A stretch of 64,000 nt of DNA from Eledone cirrhosa. Taxonomy: Eukaryota. Position 1 is the first letter of the stretch, and every line of letters begins with the position of its first letter. Made by a program: the position numbers and the translations under genes. The notes under the pieces were generated by a model. It worked only from the letters and a program-made list of their open reading frames with translations. It did no database searches and was not told the DNA's origin. The DNA lies in NCBI GenBank assembly GCA_964016885.1, contig OZ024740.1:199578001-199642000 (forward strand), in the 5' to 3' direction. Shown here in pieces: positions 14,234-27,143 of the stretch.

Positions 14234-15012
14234 AAGTAGACGATTTCATTCAGCAAACACTAACAATTTGTTCTCTTATTTAATGAAGAACTTTATTGTC
14301 TATACAAAACATTGATCAAACTTCTTAAATGGCTTCACATATCTTTCCCCAAAAGTGTATTTACTGCTGTAAGTTTAGTGTAATTTAATTCCGAAATATA
14401 GAATCATAATTTTGTTATATTTCTGAGTTGTAGTCTCACAGATATAAAATAGCCTATTGCATTCATATGCATGGACTAGTGGCTAGAGTGTTGGTTCGAC
14501 GATCGTAAGGTCGAGAGCGGTGTGTTGTATTCTAGAACAAAACGCTTTATTTCGGGTTCTCCTATCATTAAATCAGACCAGAACACTTATGAGAGTAAAC
14601 CTCGTAAGAGGGAAGATGAACATACATGCGTGTGAGCTGTGTAGATAATTTCGCCAACAACGTTGTTTTGATATCGATCTCACTTCGCATCATCGTAATC
14701 ATTTATCATTTGCAAATGCGTGGGACTGACCGAATTGTTGAGCATTGAATTTGGTAGACCGAAACTCTGTTGAAACCTGTCGGATATTCAAAAGGTTTTT
14801 GAATTATCTCTGAAATGAATGAGTGTTAACGGATTTGGACTGACATCATAAACACCATGTCTGGTATTAAATTTGGCTATTATTCGCCATCGATTATAAC
14901 ATGGTATGATGTACCATACTCTCACTAACAGACATACACCTCCCTCGATCATCTCCCGTTTCCTCCAGGGGAAAACGGTAAATGTTAGTTAGGGATATAT
15001 ATTTTTACTTTT

Positions 15013-16500
15013 AGTAGCAGTAGTACTAGTAGCAGTAGCAGCAGCAGTAGTTGTAGTAGTAGTAGTAGTAGTAGTAGTAGCAGCTTTTATTTTTTGCAGT
15101 TGTTACCTTTGTATTCTTTGCTGTTGTCGCTGATGCTGCTGTCGTTGGTGATGCTGCTGTCGCTGTTGACGCTGTTGTTGCTACTATCATCTTGTCAATG
15201 TTGTTTCTGTTGTTGTAGTCGTCGCCCTTATCTAGTTGTTGAAATCGTCATGTTGTTATTGTTGTCGTTTCCATCATCGTCTTCTTGCTGCTGTTGTCTT
15301 CGTTGTTGTTATGGCTGCCATTGTAATTGTGGCTACTGTGTTGTTATTGGTGCAGTCATTGTCACTGTTTTTGTTGTTGTCGTTGTTGTTGTTGTTGTGG
15401 TTGTTGTGGGTGTTGTCGTCGTTGTCGTGGATGTTGTTGTCATTGTCGTTGTTGTTGTTGCTGTTGTCGCCGTTGTTGCCGTTGTTGTTGTTTTTGTTGT
15501 TGTTGTTTGTGTTGTCGTCGTTGGCATTGTTGTTGTTGTTGTATTTGTTGTAGTTGCTGTTGTTATTGTGTTTGTTGTTGTCAGTGTTGTTGTTGTATTT
15601 GTTGTCGTTGTTTTTGTTGTGGTTGTTGTAGTTGTTGTCGTTGTTGTCATTGTTGTTGCTGTTGTCATTGTTGTGGTTGTTGTAGTTGTTGTCGTTGTTG
15701 TCATTTTTGTTGCTGTTGTCATTGTTGTTGTTGTTGTATTTGTTGTCGTTGTTGTCATTGTTGTTGTTGTTGTCGTTCTTGGTGCTGTGGTTGTCGTTGT
15801 TGTCATTGTTGTTGCTGTTGTCATTGTTGTGGTTGTTGTAGTTGTTGTCGTTGTTGTCATTTTTGTTGCTGTTGTCGTTGTTGTTGTTGTTTGTGTTGTC
15901 GTTGTTGTCATTGTTGTTGTTGTTGTCGTTCTTGGTGCTGTGGTTGTCGTTGTTGTCATTGTTGTTGTCGTTGTTGTCGTTGTGGTCGTGGTGTTTGTTG
16001 TCAGTGTTGTCATTGTTGTTGTCGTTGTTGTCGTTGTTGTCGTTGTGATTTTTGTTGTCATTGTTGTTGTCGTTGTTGTCGTTGTTTTTTTGTTGTAGTT
16101 GTTGTTGTTGCCGTTGCAATCGTTGTCGTTGTCTTTGTCGTCTTTGCCGTCGTTGTCGTTTTGTCGTCTTTGCCGTCGTTGTCGTTGTTGTCGTCGTTGT
16201 CGTTGTTGTCGTTGTTGACGTTGTTGTCGTTGTTATTATTCTCGGTGTCGTTGTTGCCGTTATCATTGTTACTGACGTGTTATGACGTTCTTGTCATTGT
16301 TGCCGCTAATTTGTTTCAGGGATAGTTGCTATTGTTATTGTTGCTGCTGTCATTATTGTTGTCGTTGCTAACATCGTGCTGATGTTCCTAATACCGTTGT
16401 TGCTGTCACAACCACCACCACCACCACCACCACTCATCGTTGAAATCGTCGTCTTGTTAAAATGGATAGTGGATGTTGATGTTGTTGTTGATGTTGTTGA
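15013..16500. repeat. Cryptic (GTT/GTC)n trinucleotide field with internal higher-order duplications
   Basis: Read directly; the block CTTGGTGCTGTGGTTGTCGTTG recurs near 15778 and 15931; gives poly-V/C/T/N ORFs in most frames. Confidence 0.95.
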
Positions 16501-17185
16501 ATGAATAGTCATCTCAGATAAATATAAATAAAAATAAGCATTAAAAAAAAAAATCAATGAATTTCACTTTATTCATTTCCAGCTTTTGTGTTCTGTCATA
16601 TCCACTCTCTATCACAGTTATTTTCGATTAACAAACAAACAGCTTCGATTTCTGATACGACTGCTATTGCTGCTAATGTTCATATTACTCGTTGTTGTTG
16701 TTGTTGTTCCTGCTCTTATTTTATATTTAATTGCCAATAAACTAATTTTCTACACTTAAAATTAACTTCATTTACAACTTGCTAAACTGCTAATTTTACG
16801 AAATACATATCAATTTATATCCAATTTTCTATTCCATTTCCTCCACTGTTATTTTCTACGCTATATATGCGTTTACATGCTTGTTTTCGTGTGCGTGTCT
16901 GTGTGCGATTGTTATTGTTGTTCTTGTTGCTATTATATAGGCCTTCTATTACGGTTCATTACTGTTGTCGGTGTACTATTTAGTTGTTGCAGTTTCTTTT
17001 GTATTCATCATAACATTGGCATTCACAAAGACAATTTAACACGGCGATGACGTTAGCGATGATGGAAAGTAGAGGCAACAGTGATGCTGATAATAATAAC
17101 AATGATGACGGTGGTGGTGACGATAATGGTGCGAATGTGAGTGTTCTAAATGGTGTTCTGTTGACTTACTAATGTCATGTTTTAT

Positions 17186-18065
<880 letters not shown>

Positions 18066-18153
18066 TATATATATATATAGATAATATATATATAGATAAT
18101 ATATATATATACAATATATTAACAAATGGAAACTATATTTATAAAACCATATT

Positions 18154-18219
18154 TATTTCATTATACATAATTCAAGGGCCACCAGAGTAAACTATGGTGC
18201 GCTTTCATCAGATAAAATA
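18154..18219 (-). ncRNA. Type I minimal hammerhead ribozyme, probably inactivated (GAAA to GAAT), family C copy 1
   Basis: Minus strand: TATTTTAT CTGATGA AAGCGCACCA-tagtttactc-TGGTGGCCCTT GAAT TATGTAT A ATGAAATA; homologous to 56603-56668. Confidence 0.65.
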
Positions 18220-18369
18220 TAATATAGGTTAGTTTTATAAATAAATATTGATATACCCTTAAAAAATGCAACCATTCTGGTTGGAATCTCCTGGATAGTT
18301 GTTGACTGCAATATATCAGTTATAAAACATGTTGCTTTTGTTGTATCCCAACAATTTAAATATAACCTC

Positions 18370-18408
<39 letters not shown>

Positions 18409-18574
18409 TGAACTAAACTGGTAACTTCGCCGGATATGTTTGCTACATTATATAGTGTATCAGCACCAAGAACAGATAAAAATAACCTTCGTGTGTATCG
18501 AACTCAAACCTCTTATTTTTCAATGCTCATATTTTTAGTTCTATGGGCTTATACACACTTTTATTATTAGACAG

Positions 18575-18770
18575 TTTTAGAGTGTCAGACGTCATGCTTT
18601 GCAGCATAGAGTTACAGTTCTTTATGATCTGAGTTCAAATCCCGCCGAGGTTAACTTTGCCTTTCAGGGTCGATAAAATAAAGTACTAGTCACGCTATGG
18701 GGTCGATTTAACCGACCTTCTCCTCCTCCCAAAAAGTGCTGGCTTTGTGCCTAAATAAGAAACCAATATT
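18575..18770 (+). mobile_element. tRNA-headed SINE copy
   Basis: GAGTTCAAATCCCGCCGAGGTTAACTTTGCCTTTC...GGGTCGATAAAATAAAGTAC core shared with 47350-47533. Confidence 0.8.
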
Positions 18771-18856
18771 AGACAGTTTTCTGTAACAAAAGAACACGGC
18801 GAAGTTAAAAATCCAATTAAAATTCCACCGTCACCTTCTAATCACGTAATGTGTTA

Positions 18857-18957
<101 letters not shown>

Positions 18958-19078
18958 GGTGGTGAGTTTTATTGTGGCACAATAAAACAATGCAAATATC
19001 GGATAAGTAGCACTCAACAGTTTATCGGACTGGAGTATAAATAATATAAAATCAAAGGATGGTTAAAAGAGTTCCATG

Positions 19079-19149
19079 TATTTTATTATGCTCATTTCAA
19101 AAACAAATATCATCATGGGATGATATTTGCGTTCTCATCAGATAAAATA
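19079..19149 (-). ncRNA. Type I hammerhead ribozyme (family A, minus-strand copy)
   Basis: Reverse complement of 20142-20212 except that the stem III palindrome reads ATGAGCAT. Confidence 0.8.
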
Positions 19150-20141
19150 GGGAGACATGATATGAAGCTTAAAAAACACTTGCGAGCAGTGAAGTGTTAA
19201 ATCAACATATGAAAAATAAAATAAGATGGATATATGAGATTGGCCAAAAAAGGAAAAGTAGGGGGGAAGGAAAAAGTAAGGAAGAGGAAGAAAGAATATA
19301 ATAAGAACAAAATATATAATAATAAGGAAAGGATGGCGGAAGAGGAGTACAAGAAGGAAGGATGAGAGAGGAGGAGAAAAATGAGTGAGAGAGAGATAAC
19401 CTTTAATACTGAGAAACACTGTCTCACAGAGAAATTTAAAAGAATTTTTATTTTTAATATATACTAATATTACCATTAGTAAATTTTGTAAACATTTTTT
19501 TTTGACGTTATATATGTTTTCTTCCTTGAATGTTCTCCTTTCTTCTCTCCTTCCGTGCTCGTATTAAACCTATTATTTAATTTTTCCTATTACAATACAT
19601 AGAAACAAACTTGGACCCTAACCAATCTAAGTTCCTCTAAGTTCAAATTCATTTAACATTTTCTTCATTCACCTTATCTCCTTAATATTTTTTTATTTTA
19701 ATAATACATTTTAATAAATTCCTTTTCGCACATATTATTAAACTCTTCAATATATAAACCTTAAATAAATAGTATTCTTAGTTCCCTTTTCTTTAATCAT
19801 AAACATCACCATTCATAAATCTCATTAACTTTTAATTTCTAAATTTTTTTAAAATTATGTATTATCTTACAACGTTTTTTTTTTTTATTTCTCTCTGTGA
19901 GACAGTGTTTCTCAGTAGTAAAGGTTATATATCTCTCTCTCAATCACTCATTTTCTCCTCCTCTCTTATACTCCTCCTCCGTCATCCTTTCCTTATCATT
20001 TTGTTTTTAATTATTATATTCTTTCTTCCTCTTCCTTACCTTTTTTTGCCAATCTCATATATCCATCTTATTTTATTTTTCATATGTTGATTTAACACTT
20101 CACTGCTCGCAAGTGTTTTTAAGCTTCATATCATATCTCCC

Positions 20142-20212
20142 TATTTTATCTGATGAGAACGCAAATATCATCCCATGATGATATTTGTTTTTGAAATGCG
20201 CATAATAAAATA
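20142..20212 (+). ncRNA. Type I hammerhead ribozyme with intact core; predicted cleavage after A20204 (AUA triplet)
   Basis: Stem I TATTTTAT/ATAAAATA (8 bp); CTGATGA 20150-20156; stem II CAAATATCATC/GATGATATTTG with CCAT loop; GAAA 20193-20196; palindromic stem III ATGCGCAT. Confidence 0.88.
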
Positions 20213-20259
20213 CATGGAACTCTTTTAACCATCTTTTGATCTTATATATATATATATAT

Positions 20260-20353
20260 ATATTGTTATACTTTGGGAGGGTCATGTTGCCAATAAGAAA
20301 CACACCCGTGTGTTTCTTATTGGCAACATGACCCTCCCAAAGTATAACAATAT
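20260..20353. repeat. Perfect palindrome with 46-bp arms and a 2-nt spacer
   Basis: ATATTGTTATACTTTGGGAGGGTCATGTTGCCAATAAGAAACACAC-CC-exact reverse complement. Confidence 0.95.
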
Positions 20354-20412
20354 CGGTTTCAACACACGATTTCGGATAAAGAATCTTGCTAAACAAATTC
20401 ACAAACGAAATA

Positions 20413-20446
<34 letters not shown>

Positions 20447-20574
20447 AATCGTGACAAACGATTCCTTACTATGATTTGCCATTGTAATATTCTTTCTCCA
20501 ACCTTCTCTCATTGAGTGGCACTATTGTGTATTTGTTTGTCTGTTTGTTTGTTTGGGTGTATGTGTGTGCGCGC

Positions 20575-20647
<73 letters not shown>

Positions 20648-21106
20648 GGTGTATGTGTGTGTCTGCCTGTATGTTTGCGTATGTATGTGAGTTTGTGTGT
20701 GTAGATGAAAATATGTTGCCTACATATTTATTATGAAAAATGCCCAGGTAATATATTTTCCAAGTTTGAATGTTATTGGTAAATCTCCGTACCTTCCGAC
20801 GATGAGTGTTCAAATTAATTACAAGAATGTTCATAAAATCAACATGAAAGTAACTGTTCTCTACTGTCACCTCTACACTCAATATAGTTCCATTGGAGAT
20901 TCACTATAATATAGTATAGGGACAAGTCTTTTTGTCAGCTGGGTGGACTTCAGCGATGAAAAATATCTTCCTCAAGGACAGATCGCCCAGCTAATAATCG
21001 AAGTCATATCATTATGATCTCGAACAGAAGAGTCTAACCCGAATACATGCACAGGGAGTGAGTGTTTATGCGTGTGTGTATATATATATGTGTGTATATA
21101 TATATA

Positions 21107-22004
21107 TTGTAGAAATCTTATAATGAATCGAGTCGTCTGGGAAGTGATATATTTGATATATCTCATATGAAATAATACAGCCAATTTTCCACACAATACA
21201 GTTAGTTAGCGGCCCGAACGTTTAATTAGGAATATACTCAGATATTTCCTAATATTTGTTGAGTGCGTTGGAATTTGGCCGGAGTATCGCTATTAGCTTT
21301 CTCCGTTTATGTATTTATATTTTTACTCTTGGTGCAACAGATATGAACTTTCCCGATATAAGGTATGACTCTCTTTGTTTATTTTTTATATGAATATTGA
21401 CTGTTTGTTCTTGTATCTCATTCTGTTATTTTGTCCGAGAAAATATCTATATGTGTCATTAAGCGAAGCGCTCATATGGTTATTTTTTCATATCCAATTG
21501 AGTTCTAAGCACGTGGCTTGAATTTGTATCGGAATTCAACTGACCTGCGCGTGTATTGTTTTTGGCTGTAGTCTCCTTCCTCCTATTTTCGCGACAGTGT
21601 GAGGTGTTCTTTAGAACTGCTGGGCTAGCAAATTAACAGCTCCCTCAAGCACTGATGGTGATTATCGCTAAATATTTATGTTGATTTGGTTATCAATATT
21701 AATATTATTGGGCACCCACTGAAGAATTATAAGAGCCCACTTGTATAAGTATCTGTTGATCTTATACAAGCTTCTACATAATTTGGTATAATTTCACCCA
21801 ACTTGTAGAAATCTTATAATGAAACGAGTAGTCTAGGAAGAGATATATTTGATATATCTCATATGAAATGATACAGCCAATTCTCCACACAAGACAATAT
21901 AGTTAGCACCCCGAACGTTTAATTAGGAATATACTCAGATATTTCCTAATGTTTGTTGAATGAGTTGGAATTTGGCCGGAGTATCGCAATTAGCTTTCTC
22001 CGTT

Positions 22005-22010
<6 letters not shown>
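21107..22010 (+). mobile_element. Non-coding element with ~205-bp terminal direct repeats (period ~696 bp) in (TA)n, carrying an extended hammerhead (family E)
   Basis: 21107-21313 repeated at 21803-22010; a diverged homolog lies on the minus strand near 42320-42640. Confidence 0.85.
21709..21837 (+). ncRNA. Type I hammerhead with a large branched stem II; predicted GUC cleavage after C21833
   Basis: CCCA CTGAAGA (21719-21725) ATTATAAGA...77-nt insert...TCTTATAAT GAAA (21821-21824) CGAGTAGTC TAGG. The upstream repeat copy reads CGAGTCGTC TGGG, which restores stems III and I. Confidence 0.7.
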
Positions 22011-22082
<72 letters not shown>

Positions 22083-22789
22083 CTTCGCTAATGTACTAAT
22101 AGTATTGCATATTTCCGACACTTTTACAAAATAGTAATAGTAGAAGTAGTAGTGGGGATGGTGATGGGGTGATAGTCGTAGTATTAGTAGTAGTATTAGT
22201 AGTAGTAGTAGTTGTTGTTGTTGTAGAAGTAGTAGTAGTAGTCGCTGTTGTTGTTGAAGTAGTAGTAGTAGTAGTAGGAGTAGTAGTAGTTCTAGTTGTG
22301 ATAGTTATGGTGGTCGTTATGGAAGTACTGATTGTAGTCTTTTCTTTTTTACATTAATGTTGATTTGTTGAAGTTAACGGTGCTGCTGTTGCTGTTGGTT
22401 GTGATTGCAATGGCGGTGGTGGTGTGTAGGTGAACTTTAGACGTTGTTGAATTTGCTGGCAATGGTGCTGACACTGATGGTGTTGTTGAAGTCAGTCGTG
22501 TTTCTTCTTCTTCTACACCATCATCATCTTCATCAACTCCTTCTTCTTCTTCTTCTTCTTCTTCTTCTTCTTCTTCTTCTTCTTCTTCTTTCCATTATCG
22601 TCATCATCATTATTAGTAGTAGTAATAGTACCAGTAACGCACTGGGGTTGATTTTTTCGACTTTAGACTTATGGTTGGTCTTGTGACTGAATCAGAAATC
22701 ACCCGCCGAGGTTAACTTTATCTTTCATCCTTACGGGGTCGATAAAATAAAGTACCAGTAATAAACTGGTTAATTATTATTAGCAATGG

Positions 22790-22990
22790 AAGGGCGGTTG
22801 ATTGGCAGTAGCGGTAGAGTCAGACACCATGCTTCGCAGCATAGAGTTACGGTCCTTTACGGTCTCAGTTCAAATATCACCGAGATTAACTTGGCCTTTC
22901 ATCCTTACTCAAAATAGAGTACCAGTAACGTACTATAGTCGATTTAATCGACTTTTCCCTCCCTCAAAATTACTGGTCTTGTGCCTATAC
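22790..22990 (+). mobile_element. tRNA-headed SINE copy (a partial copy also lies at ~22700-22770)
   Basis: TTGGCAGTAGCGG A-box-like, GTTCAAAT B-box-like and the shared 3' core. Confidence 0.75.
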
Positions 22991-23239
22991 TAGATTATCA
23001 TTAGTAGTAATAGAAGTAGTAGTATTATTAGTAGTAGTAGTATTAGTGGCGATAGTGGTGGTGGTGGTAGTGACATTGATTGTATATAACTAGGTGGGGA
23101 AGGTGCAGTGGAGTGCAATGGGGTGGGAGCAGTGGGAAATTGCTTGAATACACTTTCTATCGATTTTTTTTTTATATCTTGTGTTTCTCTAGATATTGAT
23201 ACTGCTGACATCGTCTTCTGTTATGTAGCTGTAATAGTA

Positions 23240-24390
23240 CTGATGGTAGTGGTGGTGATGCTGGTGATGCTGGTGGTGGTGTTGTTGGTGGTGGTGTTGT
23301 TGTTGTTGTTGGTGGTGGTGGTGTTGGTGGTGGTGGTGGTGGTGATAGTGGTGGTGGTGGTGGTGATGGTGGTGGCGGTGGTGATAGAGGTGATGGTGGT
23401 GGTGGCGGTGGTGTTGTTGGTGGTGTTGTTGTTGGTGGTGGTGTTGGTGTTGGTGGTGGTGGTGGTGATAGTGGTGGTGATGGTGGTGGTGGTGGTGGTG
23501 ATAGAGGTGATGGTGGTGGTGGTGGTGGTGGTGGTGGTGGTGATGGTGGTGGTGGTGGTGGGGATGATGATGGCGGTGTTGGTGTTGGTGGTGGTGGTTG
23601 TGGGGATGGTGGTGGGGATTCTGTTGGTGGTGATGATGGTGATGATGGTGGTGCTGATGATGGTGGCTGTGGTGGTAGTGGTGATGGCGGTGATGGTGGT
23701 GATGATGGTGGTGGTGGTGGTGGTGATGGTTGTGATGGTGGTGGTGGTGGCGGTGATTATAGTGGTCGTGGAGATCGTCTGGTGGTAGTGGTGGTGATGA
23801 TGGTGGTGGTGGTAATGATGGTGATGATGGTGGTGGTGGTGGTGATGGTGGTGGTGGTGGTGATGGTGGTGGTGGAGGTGGTGGTGATGGTGGTAGTGGT
23901 AGAGGTGGTGATGGTGGTGATGGTGTAGGGTGGGGTGATGGTGGTGATAGTGGGGGTGATGATGGTGGTGGTAGTGGTGATGGTGGTGGTAGTGGGGCTG
24001 ATGGTGGTTGTGGTGGTGGTGATGCTGGTGGTGATGGTGTTGATGGTGGTGGTGGTGATGGTTATGCTGGTGGTGGTGGTAGTTGTCGTGGTGGTAGTCG
24101 TGGTGGTAGTGGGGATAGGCTGGTAATAGTGATGGTGGTGGTGGTGGTGGTAGTAGTGGTGATGGTGGTGGTGGTAGTTGTAGTGTTGGTGGCGGTGACG
24201 TGGTAGTTGTGGTGGTGGAGGTGGTGATGGTGGTGATAGTGGGGATAGGTTGGTAGCAGTGATGGTAAAGTGGTATTAATAATTGTGGTAATAGATGTAG
24301 AAGGATCTGTCGTGGTGGTTTTGGTGGTGATAGTTTCAGTAGTAGTAGTAGTAGTACTACTACTACTACTAATACTACAACTACTGCAAC

Positions 24391-24428
<38 letters not shown>

Positions 24429-25139
24429 ATCATAGTATTAACAGTAGATATTTGTTTTTGTTGCTTCCTGTGAGGGAGGCGGGGATCTTAATATAGTTGC
24501 TATTGATTATCCTGCTTGAGCATTGGTGTTGTTTTTGTTGTTGTTGTTGTTGTTGTAGTGGCGGTGATGGTGGTGGTGGGTAATGGAGGTGGGGGGGGGG
24601 TTGCCATTGGTGGTGGTGGTGGTGGTTTTGGTGGTGTTGGTGGTAGGGGTTGTAGTGGTGGTAATGGTGGGGGGGAGGGGGGGCGGTAGTGGTGGAGGTG
24701 GTTGTGATTGTTATGGTTGGTGTTGTTGTTGAAGTGGTGTTCGTGTTGGTGCATAGTACGGTTGCTCTTGTTTTGTTGTGGGGGTGGTTGTTATTGTAGT
24801 GTTGGTATGTGTGGAAGTGGTTGTGGTTGATGTACTTTGCGTGTTCGTTATGGGGGCTTTCTGAAGTAATGTTGCTAGTGATTGCGGTAGTGGTTGTGGT
24901 AGTGGTGGTGGTAGTGGTGGTGGTAGTGGTTGTGGTACTGGTGGTGGTAGTGGTGGTGGTAATGGGTATGGTGGTGGTAGTGGCGGTGGTAGTAGTAGTG
25001 GTGATGGTAGTGGTGATGGTAGTGGTGGTCGTTTTAGTAGTAGTTGTAGTGGTAGTGGTGGTGGTAGTTGTTGTGGTTATAACAATGAGAACTACTGCCA
25101 CTGCTACAATGTCACTAATAGAGACAGGTATATAAGTAA

Positions 25140-25175
<36 letters not shown>

Positions 25176-25280
25176 TAGTAGGAGTAGTAGAAGTATCAGT
25201 AGCAGTAGCAGTAGCAGCAGCACCTCCAGTAGTAGTAGTAGTAGTAGTAGTAGTAATGTTGGTGGTGTTAGTAGTAGTAG
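23240..25280. repeat. Cryptic (GGT/GAT/AGT/GTT)n trinucleotide field
   Basis: Read directly; source of the poly-V/T/P/H ORFs. Confidence 0.95.
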
Positions 25281-25849
25281 TATTAGTACTTTTTCTTGTA
25301 GCTATAGTTGTTTCTACCTAACATATCACTTTCTTGTTGAAGTTGTTGTTGTTACTACAACTTATTTCATCATTGTAACGTTGTTGTTGTTAATAGTTGT
25401 AATATAGTAATTGGCATCACGTGTGTGTAATGGTAGCGCAGCAGTTCGTCATACGGTATGTGAGTTCGCGTCCCAAGGTCGAAACTGCCGACTTTTTCCA
25501 TCTCTATCACCTTATGTGCCGAACTTGTTCCACTATAAATAGTGGTTCATCCAAGTTGGATTTAGACCCTGGTGGGCCCAGGGCAGTTCAGGTTTATGTA
25601 GGTGGGTGGGGGGAGTACACAGCAAATTAGAATACCTCCCTCCCCCCAATTTTACATATTAAAGTTAACTTGGCACAAGTATTTGTAATTGAAAAGTTAT
25701 ATATACAAGTGTTAAATTCAAACCAACTTAAAACTAAAAAGCCCAGCTAGGGGCATGAATAAATTGCTACGGCCGTCGCTCCTGGGCCCCAAAATGCAAG
25801 GGGCCCGGGGCAATTTCCCCCTTTGCCTTCCATAAAATCCTGCACTGAG

Positions 25850-26065
25850 GGTATCAGCGGAAGAATTAGTAGACTGTCGGACGAAACGCCATTTTAGTTT
25901 TTGTTCTGACGTTTTACATTTGAATTCAAACCCGGCCGAGGTTAAATTAGGTTTTCATTCCCCGGAGCTTTATCAAATAAAGTATCATTGAAGAACTGGG
26001 TTGATTTAATCAACTCTGATCTTTCCTTAAAATTTACCGCGCTTGTGACTAAATAAGAAATCAAT
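25850..26065 (+). mobile_element. Diverged tRNA-headed SINE copy
   Basis: GAATTCAAACCCGGCCGAGGTTAAATTAGGTTTTCATTCC...AAATAAAGTATC similar to the family core. Confidence 0.6.
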
Positions 26066-26729
26066 ATTGCTGTTGTAGTTTTTATTGTTGCTGTAGCTGT
26101 CACATTTGATGCAGTTCTATTTCTTACTGTAGTTGTAGTAGTAAATGTATTTTAGTTGTAGTTGTAGTAGATGTATTTGTTGTTGCTTCTTCTTATCAAT
26201 TCCTTCTTGATCATTGTTAACGTTGCTGTTGTTCTCTAAAGTTGATATTGTATACACGAGCAATGCATAGTTCTATCCACATCTATCATAATTAAGTATT
26301 TGTTTTATATGTCTGAATCAACGATGAAGCCTTTATTCAATGATGATGACTTTATTCAATCTAAAATACGTTCAGTTGAGTTCGTTAGGAAACATAGAAT
26401 TTCCCTAAACAAAAGGCAGAAATTTTACGCCTATCTAACTATTGTGTGCACTACCATTATATTTATAGGCCAACGAATATTGGTACCTTAAAGTATACAT
26501 CATTGTATTCATCAAGTTATAACAAATGATATTAGACTCTCGTGCAGATTTTAACTGGCATTAAAATAGCTGCGTTACTAAAGTACACGCCACTTTATTG
26601 TATACATTTGTACTTTTAAACGGGTATACAAATATACATACAGACGAGCACACACATATATATATATATAGACACCCACATATGTATATATATATATATA
26701 TACACACACACACATATATACATACATTC

Positions 26730-26825
<96 letters not shown>

Positions 26826-27143
26826 CAGTAACATTCCGTTAAATATGTGTGTAAAAAGTAAACAGATATAACAAAACAAACGACACATTACTTTGAAGAC
26901 ATATAGCAAGTTAACACATGATATGTTAAGTAAATACACGATATGTTAACGTCTCAGGTCTAAGTCCGCCACCAGAAGATAGGAAGAGAAACAAAAGAAA
27001 ACATAAAGATAGACGAGTGAGAAGTGTATGAAAGCACGTCTGTGTTCAGATAGCCATACATACATACATACATTCATATACCCACATCACACACACACCT
27101 ACACGAACATATATATATATATTCAAACTTTATTGGGAATAAA

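Larger units (their letters stand above)
19044..20248. mobile_element. Fold-back element: ~370-bp inverted arms (19044-19433 / 19887-20248), each with a hammerhead (family A; PLE pLTR- or retrozyme-like)
   Basis: Arms are near-identical reverse complements apart from indels in the purine-rich part; flanked by (TA)n. Confidence 0.85.

Noticed and set aside
15094-16325. Long ORFs (334, 330, 332 and 242 aa) as mucin-, metallothionein- or membrane-like proteins
   Set aside because: Open in most frames because GTT/GTC repeats lack stop codons; no non-repetitive domain.
21210-21270. Hairpin TTAGGAATAT...ATATTTCCTAA next to AACGTT as another hammerhead
   Set aside because: No CTGANGA and no GAAA in register on either strand.
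21320-21420. Minus-strand NKQRESYLISGKF as a GIY-YIG endonuclease C-terminal relic
   Set aside because: Too short, no upstream GIY/YIG motifs found, and it is antisense to the element's hammerhead.
23108-25135. Poly-V/T/P/H ORFs (extensin-like)
   Set aside because: Translations of the (GGT)n/(AGT)n simple-repeat field.
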